This document shows positions 9,837 through 20,000 of a stretch of DNA of 20,000 bases, in pieces. Where the stretch lies: NCBI GenBank assembly GCA_000934665.2, contig JYFJ02001844.1, positions 48,528 to 68,527 of the forward strand, written 5' to 3'. Each line of letters begins with the position of its first letter. Positions within the stretch are counted from its first letter, which is position 1. The translations under genes were made by a program, and so were the position numbers. Origin of the DNA: Catajapyx aquilonaris. Its lineage: Eukaryota. The notes beneath the pieces were generated by a model. It was not told the origin of the DNA and did not search any database. It saw only the letters and a list, made by a program, of their open reading frames with translations.

Positions 9837-10970
9837 ATAAAGCTCAACAAGTTTTATTGGTCCCATAAATAATCCTGGAAATTTTCTTGAACAGCTGTTA
9901 TTTTAAACAACAGCGATTTAGCCTGCATGTTTATAGCCACAAATAGGCTTTAAAAAAAATAGTGCAAAACTGTGCAACGTTTAACCTTGTTTACATTGAT
10001 GCAACACGCGACTTCCTCCGAACCCGACAGTAATTGATCCCAAAGCCCCCCAATCTATCCTGTAATTATCTCTAAGCCAGTTGCAAGTCCCAAAACGGCA
10101 TGTAACTACTCATTTCCTTCCATTTTACCTCACCGTAGTAACTGACAACGGGTTTACTTATTAGGAAACGGCGATTAGACCACACACGTTATCATTGTTT
10201 CTATTCTTACTCAAGTGGCATCATCAGGTCGCGTGCAATGTTACAAGTGATGTAACTGGGTCGCGATATCGTTGCGTAATGAAGAAAAGGCGATTACACT
10301 GCGTCTTTTTTCATCGGACCCACGCGCTGATGGTAATATAACGTCATCCCCAGAAAGGAATGACAATACCCTAGACCTCAACCTTGAAATGCAACGCTGC
10401 AAATTCAACCAACGTCCTTATGGAGCAATATGCATGACCGTTGCTGCACTTTCGCTTCTATTTTTAAAGGTTTTTGTGAGCACTTCCCGCCAATAGGGGT
10501 CGAACTTTTTTTTCTATTGGATAGTTTGAACAAAGGACACAAATGACATGAAATTTATTTTTATCCATGATTTTGCACATATATGTTACTAATTGTTAAT
10601 ATTGTTGAATTTCTGACCCTTTTTTCTCTATTCGTCAAGGTGACATGTCTGGAAATCGTGACTGTACTGCTTGTAAAATAAAAAGTGACACCTGTAAATG
10701 TCTGCCAGTTCGTTAGAAACCTATAGTGGGTGTAACTACTAGAATACTGGGCAGTCTGGTTAGGAGACAATAGAAGGAGGTTGGATTGGCAACGCCCAAA
10801 GGCATATCCTCATTGCAACCAATTACCACCTCCTAAATTCCTCCCTTTGTACCATCTTCCCCGCCAATATTTGCGAAGATGGGCAACTCATGCACATGCA
10901 TTATTAAAATTCACACCCCCTGATACGACAATATGCAAAATTTGACATGTTATTGTTGTTAGTGTTATAT

Positions 10971-11023
10971 GGTCCTGGCGATGGTCCTGTCGACGGTCCT
11001 GTCGACTGTCCTGTCGACGATCC
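10971..11023. repeat. 12-nt tandem repeat (GGTCCTGTCGAC) x4
   Basis: ggtcctggcgat ggtcctgtcgac ggtcctgtcgac tgtcctgtcgac gatcc. Confidence 0.85.
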
Positions 11024-11120
11024 AGCCAAAGGCCTAGCCCTTGGTCCAACCATATCGCCAGAAACCTCTTATATTAATTAATAATTTTCCCATTTGTTGG
11101 CCATGTTGTCATTTTGCTCA

Positions 11121-11160
11121 GTAGCCGTTAGTAGCCGTTAGTAGCCGTTAGTATCCGTTA
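11121..11160. repeat. 10-nt tandem repeat (GTAGCCGTTA) x4
   Basis: Three perfect copies and one single-mismatch copy. Confidence 0.9.
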
Positions 11161-11172
11161 CACCGTACTTAC

Positions 11173-11250
11173 CCTCTTCCTTCTGCATGGTCGATTCTAC
11201 TAAATCACTATCATCCTCTGGAAAATTCAGATCAACAAACCCAATAAAAC
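11173..11250 (-). CDS. Candidate 78-nt upstream exon (FIGFVDLNFPEDDSDLVESTMQKEE), frame-compatible with the exon at 6740
   Basis: caacAG acceptor at 11251 and G|GTAAGT donor at 11172; open frame; phase 1 exit matches the phase 1 entry at 6740; accATG at 11188. No expression evidence. Confidence 0.3.
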
Positions 11251-11748
11251 CTGTTGCAGCACGAGAACTAAACTGAACTGACCGGCAACCTGGTAATAGC
11301 AGTACTAAAGGTGGGCACCACCAGTCATAGTGGTAGGCCCTCCAACTCCAAGAGGCCCTTGAGTATGGACACTATACAAATCCCAGCTGCGAAAAGGAAA
11401 GTGTCGTAGGTGTAGGCGCGGGTTTAACCTGTCTATGTAGGACTTTTTTCTATACCATCGCCATTTCTCTTGCCTACTTTTAAATATATGCATGGTCCTT
11501 TTCCGGTGTCGCCTAAGCCTGTATTTTGTCACTGCCACTATTGCCATGCTTCGTTCGGTAACGACCTGCCTGCGTAGATAGCAATCTTACATGCGATGCA
11601 CGTATTTCCGCCTATCTGTAGTAGTTATAGTCACAAGGCCATGTGCTAATTAGAACTACGTATTTAAGCACATTATGTACTAAAATGTATATTTTACACA
11701 CCTGGTGCATTTTACAGAACATGGTGCATACTGTTAGTAGATATGTAT

Positions 11749-11922
11749 CCAAATTGGTGCACATTTCACCCCAATTTGGTGCACATTTCACCCCAAATTG
11801 ATGCACATTTCACCCAAATTGATGCACATTTCACCCCAAATTGATGCACATTTCACCCCAAATTGATGCACATTTCGCCCCAAATCGGTGCACATTGTAC
11901 CCAAATCGGTCCATATTGTACA
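11749..11922. repeat. 22-nt minisatellite x7-8 (CCAAATTGRTGCACATTTCACC), possibly a subterminal array of a decayed DNA transposon
   Basis: Units start at about 11749, 11771, 11793, 11814, 11836, 11858, 11880 and 11901 and decay rightward; further GGTGCA cores lie at about 11704, 11723 and 11950. Confidence 0.85.
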
Positions 11923-13354
11923 CATCTTGATGCATCTTTTACTGACTTAGGTGCAATACTTTACCGTCACTTGTATGCAAATTTTTGACATTATTTATGA
12001 ACTGTGATTTTTGTCTACATGACGCACATGGTTGTTGAGAACTTCGGCAGTGCATCACCTCCTATCTATTGTACTTCCCACGCCTCCTGCAGAGCTATCT
12101 TACTAACCAGGTACTTGCACCTTTAAGAGTTTAATGACCTGCACGATTTTTAATAGTATTGCAGATGATGGATGCAATGTGTGGGGGGTTTGGACCATTA
12201 AAATTCGTGTGGGGGTTTTTGAGACTCTTCCTTTTCCAGTTTAAGACTGTAAATACAACCCAAAAAAAACGTTTGAATAAAAAGGGTCAGACTAGGAGGA
12301 AATTTTGGCCTCACGATGTACTTTGGGGCCTTGAGTGGGCTGTTTGGAGGAACATGCAGACACGAAAGTAGGGGGACTCCACCCTGTTCGTTTCATTACC
12401 ACATCACATGTATATTCTTCACCTGCTGAAAGGTCACACCGGACTGGCTTTAATACGTAACTGGTCAGACTAGTCGAGTGACACCTGTTTATTCCTTAGA
12501 TGCGAGTTTAGAATCCTAGAATAATTGAAAGATGACCTGAGGGGGTTGTACTTATGTGAACATGAATGAAATGGCGTGACTTGAACGTGGGTATGAGATT
12601 GGAGCTTGTAATTGAGACTAGAAGGTGTTGGCTCACCTTGAATAATTACGACCATGGTCAAAATTAGTGAATGAATGTGGCGTATGAGTGACAAGGAGCA
12701 ATGAACTTCAATATTTTGATTGATGTTTGTACATCCTTGCTATTATTATTCTGGATAGTGTATGTCTCAGGTAAAATGCAGGTGGGCACATGACATGCTC
12801 CAGAAACATGAGGGCCACCGGAGGCTGAGAAAAGTCATCCGCCCACCTTCAAGAAATTCCTAGCATCCGAGACCCATAAATCTCAAGACTGCCCAAAGCT
12901 TGCCCCCGACTTTATGCAAATGCATCAAGGGTTGGGTTCGGGTGTCTGGTCCCTCCCTGGAAAAAAAAGAAGAAAAAATTCTGAGGCCTTAATTACATGG
13001 CGATTATTGGCGCATCGTGATCATTTCTTGGCAAATGTTGGAGGAACTTTACCTTCCTTCTCAACTCACGCCAAAAGTTTGCTTCCCAAACTCCTAGCAA
13101 TTACAAGCCTCTAATTTTCGTGCCTAATTATTGGACCCCCACTCGACTGCTATCCATCCGTGGACACTTCCTTTTCTAGTACACTTTGCAGGAACTAATA
13201 ATCTGCTCAGCTGATCCGTGGGAACCAAATTTGCTTAACAGGTTATGCAACAACATGTATGCACAATTTTAGCAAAAATCAACACGCCAATAGTGCTATA
13301 CTGCATCTAAGGAAATAGTGTTTGCCGACAGAATTTTCACATCACACCATTTGC

Positions 13355-13767
13355 GTCTTTAAAATCCCAGAAATCCTGTGCAGTCTTTTCCTGGCCCATA
13401 TAGGAAAAGGCTGCACAGGACTTTCCTGGCCCATAGGAAAAGGCTGCACAGGATTTTCCAGGCCCATAAGAAAAGGCTGCACAGGATTTTCCTGGCCCAT
13501 AAGAAAAGGCTGCACAGGATTTTCCTGGCCCATAGGAAAAGGCTGCACAGGATTTTCCTGGCCCATAGGAAAAGGCCAGGATTTCCCTGGCGCCTGGCCC
13601 ATAGGAAAAGGCTGCACAGGATTTTCCTGCCCCATAGGAAAAGGCCAGGATTTCCCTGGCCAATAGGAAAAGACTGCACAGGACTTTCCAGGCCCATTAA
13701 GAAAAGGCTGCACAGGATTTTCCTGGCCCAGGAAAAGACTGCACAGGATTTCTGGGATTTTGAAGAC
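13355..13767. mobile_element. Non-autonomous foldback/MITE-like DNA element with 40-bp TIRs enclosing a 33-bp tandem array
   Basis: 13355-13394 and 13728-13767 are reverse complements at 39/40 positions. The interior is about 10 copies of CCATAGGAAAAGGCTGCACAGGATTTTCCTGGC, two with the tgca deletion. No transposase and no clear TSD. Confidence 0.75.
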
Positions 13768-14149
13768 TGGTTTGTGAGGTGGCCAATCACGCCTCGGTTA
13801 GTAGTATGTCATTTCAACCCTGATACAAACAGCTTACCTGCACTTATTTGCCACGAACGCCAAGTCGTTCCATATAAGTACAACCAATTTACTAACAAGT
13901 AGTGGTTAACCACAACCTTATAAGAAAAATTTGGACTTTCCCTCAATTTTAAATTTTCTCAGTCCACTAACAAGCCCATATCTAATGCTATTAAAATTGT
14001 GATGAACTCGATTACTAAACGTTCATGACCAAATGATGTAGATAAGATTATGTCTAGAATTGGGTACAGACCAGCAAACTTGATAATGACAATGAGCTGC
14101 TTGTTGGTTGACAATAAGCGCGAAAATTGGGTCGCGTGGTGTTTTTACA

Positions 14150-14159
14150 CCATATATGG
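14150..14159. promoter_or_regulatory. CArG box (distal)
   Basis: CCATATATGG, perfect palindromic match. Confidence 0.35.
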
Positions 14160-17100
14160 CATTATCTAGACTATTGGAAAGTATACATGGCCATGATTTG
14201 AAGCCCCTCCAGCTAGCCAGAGGCTCTGGTTATATACTGTATATAGTAGCCGCATAAAGCCGCTGCAACACCGGTCCACCTACTTACTTCATTCTCACTT
14301 GCCATGGCCTTTTACAAGGAGACTTACTTACGCATCTCTTCTCGGATTAATGTAAAGCAGACTATCTTCGGTGAGCTTCTAGGAGTCCTCGGATGTCATC
14401 CTGATACCTGTCAGAATATATTAGTTTTCCATGTACTCAGTGGGTAGCTGCTTCGAAAATGTCGCCCACATGATTTTTTTGGAGGAATATACCTTACAGA
14501 AGAAGAATTATTATAGCTCGAACTATAGCACTTTTCATGTGAAACAGTTTCAATGATTTGATTCCTGAAATTATAGCCCTGTTTTACCAGGTCACAAAAT
14601 GCTGTATGATGATGTAAAATAAGCTAGTAGGTGGTCATATAGACTGTGCAAAAAGGGCAATAAAAACGAGCCAAGGACTTTACATTTTTCGCAGTAGGCC
14701 TAATTTATGATATGCATGTTTTGAGACTATGTCGGCAGATTAAACCTCGATAATAATCAACTACTGTATATTGACCGGACTTTCACACTTTGATGTCATC
14801 TGTGACATAAAACAATGCCGACTGGTATTATTCTGGAGGAATATACTTACGTAGTTAGAAGTGAAAGGCAAGTTGCTTAATGCATTCCGATCATGTATGT
14901 GTGGTCTGACTCGACCTTACAAACTCATCGCTTTCTATTCATCAGCAGATTACATTCATTTTTCTTTAGCCATTAAGGTTTGTTCCGACAAGGGGCCATC
15001 AACACCAAAGAGTTGTGGGGCAGAACCTAAAGTATGTTTTAAAAGGATACCAAAATGGTGGCTTTTCATGTGAGAGTCATAAATCTGAGCATTTGTGAGT
15101 AGGTTGGACTAACATTTGAGTGTAGGTGGATCCCCCATGGCTTTGGGCAAAAGGTGACCATTAGAGGAACCGCCCCGAAAAAGGAAGATGCGACCCAGGT
15201 GTATGGTGACAAACGGTTTCTTCCTTCTACACATCATTGGAGCACACCTACCATGCATGTAATTGCTAGCATGTGCACAGGTATATTTTTACAATGTACC
15301 TAATAACCATGATTAGTCTCGCCCATGTTCATAAACCGCAAACCAGAACTGATTACCCCCCTCGGACCTACTTGTGATATAACAGTGTGTTAGGAGCAGA
15401 AAATAAATATTTAGTTTAAAAACAATCAGGTGTGACATGTGACTGTCCCTTGCTATGACATTACAAGCCACACCCACCTCAAATCCTGCCACCTGGTGAC
15501 ATATCCTAACAACCTGACAGGACTTGACGGGTGGTAAAATTAATATTTACCTTCTCAGGGCGGTTACTATATCGACACCCTGTACATCTTCAAGAAAAAA
15601 AACAACGAGTGGGCCTGACATCATCTGCATGATAAAAGCAAAAGCTTGAGGTGACATAATGGGCACAGAGAAGCAGGAAAAACGATAAGATTTTCTTAGA
15701 AGAGCAGCCTATATTTTTCTCTATTTTCAATTCCGCCCCAACGCCATTGTTTCTGCTCCTTACATCATCAGCAATGCCTTTTGGAACTTATGGAAATCTT
15801 TCCACCCATGCGTGTCGACAAACACAAACACCTGTTCATATGACCAGCAGGCAAGCCAATCAAACTGCACCATATTCCCGCCAACGCGTTCAAAAATTTC
15901 CATCACAAAGTGCTGACCACAAGTTGCTAAATTCAAATTGTAATTGCTAAATTTTTAAATTATAATCTGCCCACTACTAGGTATAATCAGCTGGTGCCAA
16001 TTAGTATGGGGTGATAATGAAGAAGCAGCAGGACACATTCAGTGGACATTAATCAGATGTAGGAGGAGGATGGTCAAACAAATGACAATCATGTGTGTGG
16101 GTTAGTGAGCAGGTCCTAGTTGATAGGTGGGAGTGTAGGTAGTGGGAGGTGGGGAGAAAAGCCCCCCGTGGGTTGAACTCTGAGTCATCTGACCTTGCAG
16201 AAGGCACCGGAGGAAAAGTTGCCCATGTTTGGTTAGCAGGGCCAACCAGCCGGCCTCTCTTTTTCATTATATCCCAGGTTGCATTATTGCAACTATTGCC
16301 CTGCCCCCTGAAGAAGTGCCCTCTTCCGACCTGTACACTGCACACACTTGCCATTTCTCCCACTCTTGTAATAATAACCACCCACAACAACATCACTTCC
16401 CAATATTCGCCCTTTCACTTTTCGCACAATCAGTCTCATTAAGGGATTGGCAATGTGTGATGCAATGGTAGGACACAACTTGGTAATTCCTGATCCGCTC
16501 AGCATGTGGTCTTTATGACATATGATGCCTAAGAAAGATGAGATTGTTACATGGGGTGCCCTGAGGGTGTCGATTAGTATCTGGACAATGCTACTTGTAC
16601 AAGTGGTCACAATAAAATAATTTCAGCGACATCTATTGAATTTATTGCATAACTAATAGCATAATGAAACATTTATCCCACTTGGTTTCTTCTTCAGACC
16701 AGTTTTACTCCCGTACTCTACATACCGGTACAGTATTATTGAACATGTAAAAAAAATTAAATTAGCCATTAGCCCTAATGACCCTTATTAAAGTCACAAT
16801 TGTTGATAATTTTTTGTGCAAATTTATGGCAAATTAACCGCTATCTGAACCATGACCTATATAATTAGACGCCACAAAATTGACAACCGGAGAGAGTCAT
16901 CTGGGCAACAAGCCGAAAAGTTCACCCAACTCGCATTGCTGTTCTCAGATGGCGCACGCTTACAACCAGAACCGTATTCAAAATGATACTGTATCAGGTC
17001 GGTCTTATAATTCACTATGATTGTTACTCTATTAATTTGAGCCTTATTATCGCACGTACTACCCACCACACATTTTTTTGTGGCGTACTATCTGATAATG

Positions 17101-17524
17101 CTTAGACCATGCAGTACTTCCTTATGTCGGCCTGTACATTTCCTCTTATGGTACGGTTCTAATACCTGCTAAAATTTGACTCGAGGCTGCGGTTTACTAT
17201 TATTCTTCACTGTCAAGCCCCCACCTCCACCTTCCTTTTACACCACTTTTTGCCGCCATTCTCTACTTAGCTAATGACTTCACCAGGACTGTCATTATAA
17301 AAGTCCATTATCATTATCAGGAAATTTATTATCTTCTCCACGCCCAATAAAATATGCCAAAAAAATTGAGTTCGCCTATGGCCTTAATGATCAGCATGAT
17401 TGTAGTGTACTGACGCCTTATAGTATGGCCTCAACACACACATTTAATTAATTAATTAAATTGTCGAAAGTCATGGTTGCCACTCCGGCGTCGGATTGAA
17501 GAATTATATGAATTTTCAATACAT

Positions 17525-17563
17525 TTTATTCCATAGTAGTACGGCCTACTGGTATGGAATAAA
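17525..17563. repeat. Short inverted repeat / hairpin
   Basis: TTTATTCCATA (17525-17535) pairs with TATGGAATAAA (17553-17563), with an inner agtag/ctact stem. Confidence 0.65.
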
Positions 17564-18451
17564 TGAAAAAATATAATGTGCAATAAAATGAATTACAATA
17601 ATATAAAATTATTTTGTGGCACGATATAAGTTGAAACTAAATTAATGCCTTTTACTGTAAAAATAAATATAGCCCTACTAATAATTTAATAATTTAGAAG
17701 AAAAGTAATGATTAACCCTGTTACATTCTGCCCTCTGAAAATGCTTTCGAAAGGTTGTAGTTAAACATCCTGCGTCGAGATGGCAGTCACACAGCTGTCG
17801 TCCATGAAACGTGCAATAATATTCCCTATCTGAAATATTTCCCCTGGCCAATTACCATCCACCGGTGCAGAATATTCCGCTCCGGTAATCACCTTATATT
17901 GCTCCAAATCACTCCAAAAAATCTCAATCAATTAGGAACGAATATTTCCTTCTACTTGATCGCACCCTTAGCATTGGCTTGGAGACATCCTGAAAGACCA
18001 GTTAGGATGCAACCGCATGTCAATGATCAAGTTTGTTGTTGTAATTAGTCACAATTAGGAGGCAGCACGTGACATTCCCGACCTGAAAGTGGAAGGGAGT
18101 TAATCACATTAATTCCGCAAACTCTCCAACTGCCATCACTTTACTGTGAGACACCAATGACGTTGAAGTTCTTGTTTAGACACACCCTGTACTGGGGTAC
18201 TGTATATCAACCCGGGGCATGGTCATATGGAATAAATAGAAGCCAAACTCACTGGATACCACATAATGCAGAAAAGCTGGGGGGCAAAACACTGTGTACA
18301 TACAGCCTTTTTATAACTCTGCAAATATTTCCAAGTCTTGGTGCTTGTAAGCCCAAGGCACACATTATGCAGACTCCAACTGCAATTTTGATCACAGTCA
18401 CTAATAGTAACACCGCCATAATTTTTGCACTGCCTTTATGCAATATATCGA

Positions 18452-18646
18452 TCCGGGGGCGAAATTGTCACGGGGGCCAATATTCCGGGGGCTAAAAGTC
18501 CGGGGGCGAACCGGCGGGGCCGAAAAGTCCGAGACCTTTACTAACATTTTGGAGGATCGTCTCCATTTTTATTAAATGACTGGCTGTATATGACACCACA
18601 ATATGAAATGGGTCTCGGACTTTTCGCCCCCGCCGCTTCGCCCCCG
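18452..18646. mobile_element. GC-rich inverted repeat pair with CGGGGGCGAA subrepeats; probable termini of non-autonomous DNA transposon(s)
   Basis: 18501-18536 and 18611-18646 are reverse complements at 34/36 positions, with a 74-nt AT-rich spacer; extra cgggggc units extend left to about 18452. Confidence 0.6.
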
Positions 18647-19295
18647 TACCAGAGGCACCTTGTCTTGTCAATTGGAATAAGTCAGAGTGGGCTAGGCTTG
18701 CAATGGCCACATTCGGACTCACAGAACCTCCAACTTCTAGACCATTCCCATCAATCTACGCCAAACTAGCCTCCCAATCCTCCACCCACACAAGCGGCAG
18801 GGCTAATCAATTATTTTCCTTCATCCGCCTGCAATTCAAACGATCGACCTAAAAAAAAGTTGCTCTAGGAATTACTTGCTCTCAAAAAACTTCATTGCCA
18901 CATGTGATCTCAAAGAGTATTTTGAAATTAACTGTAGAATCAAAAAAATGCCAGAAACATTCCCAATCGGCTTCAAAAGCATGTTGAATTATTTTTTTTA
19001 TGGTATTGGATGAGTGACGCACTTGAGTTTTTTTTTCACATTATTGGCGCCGATGGCACATACCATTGGTGGCGGATTCAAAACCAATGGAATTTCCATC
19101 CGAATTGCGCTTTTTTTGCTTCAGTCGATCAAAACTGGGTACGAATTCCTTGCACGTTTGAAGTTCCACAAAATTTATTTTTCATATTGCCTTTTTTTTT
19201 GTACGATGACCAAACGTGTGAAGTTAGTCACTCCCCATACTGTAATCTATGATGTGGTCGAAAATTTGCATACACTGTACTTACAGTTTTCAAAT

Positions 19296-19305
19296 CCATA
19301 TATGG
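19296..19305. promoter_or_regulatory. CArG box (distal)
   Basis: CCATATATGG, perfect palindromic match; isolated. Confidence 0.3.
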
Positions 19306-20000
19306 ACCAGTTTCCTCTGTTAATGTTGCCAGGGCTTAGTATGAATTATACTTTGCGGTTTTATGGAATTAATAAACTCCATATTTTTGACACCTACCTT
19401 TGAAATGCAAGCTCAGCACAACTAGTGTTAAACCCACACAACTACAAGCATATGTGCTATATTCAATCTAAGATAAGATTACCTGAAATTACTTAATTCC
19501 AACATCTGTCACCTTATTTGCATATCATTTTATCGAACCATCCCCAACAATGATTGATATACTCGTGACAAAATATTCTAATGAAAATTGAACAATGTCG
19601 CTATACCTGCAAATGACTAGAGAATGGCATGCCTCTCGCAATAATTGTTTCAGAGGACTTTGCATCCAATTAATTAGCGCGCCGTGTCAAGTTTAAGCAG
19701 CCACATCCGGGGGGGGGAAAATTCAATGTTTTTCAATGAGCTAGCGTCGCTTGTTGCCAAAGCTCTTTAAAGCAAGTCCCAATTTCAACAATTGATCCGC
19801 CATAACCAAAAAAAAATATGCGCTGAAGAATTTCTTAAGAACGTCACATTTCTTAACGTCTAATTAAAAAATAGCAGTTATTACAATAGGAGCACTTAAT
19901 TTCAGTCCGACATGCTAGGCAGAATTGCAGTCCCTACTCTGCCCAGGGCCAGGAGAAAAGGCCTGGTGTATTTCAGATTGACAGCGCCCTCCTTCTGGAC

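Noticed and set aside
11749..11800. CCAAATTGG and CCAATTTGG as CArG boxes
   Set aside because: Only five central A/T bases, and they are part of a minisatellite.
13395..13727. 33-bp partly palindromic repeats as a CRISPR array
   Set aside because: Units are head-to-tail with no unique spacers, there are no cas genes, the context is eukaryotic, and the array is enclosed by TIRs.
13322..13902. Five overlapping ORFs with 11-aa periodicity
   Set aside because: By-product of a stop-free 33-nt repeat that is open in most frames; no domain-like content.
16160..16260. Minus-strand GAGTTCAACCC as the B-box of a tRNA or SINE
   Set aside because: No convincing A-box or cloverleaf.
7067..19403. Remaining short ORFs (60-130 aa) in the upstream region
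   Set aside because: No recognisable domains, often non-ATG starts, and lengths consistent with random ORFs.

Overview
Eukaryotic (metazoan, probably arthropod) genomic DNA, not prokaryotic. Positions 240-6740 carry three minus-strand exons of a large, mostly disordered Ser/Pro/Arg-rich smoothelin-like cytoskeletal protein. The exons are 6481-6740, a giant 5,076-nt exon at 1294-6369, and 240-1233, joined by 111-nt and 60-nt GT-AG introns. The gene continues beyond position 1. Two Smoothelin-type helical motifs are each split by a phase-0 intron at the same position. Positions 6741-20000 are AT-richer non-coding sequence (upstream intron or promoter region). They contain five perfect CArG boxes (three within 1 kb of the first visible exon), a candidate in-frame upstream exon, a foldback/MITE-like element with 40-bp TIRs around a 33-bp array, and several minisatellites and inverted repeats. 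I see no CRISPR array, RNA gene or intact transposase, and no support for a wholly new system. The best leads are the gene's splice architecture, its linear motifs and its apparent SRF regulation.
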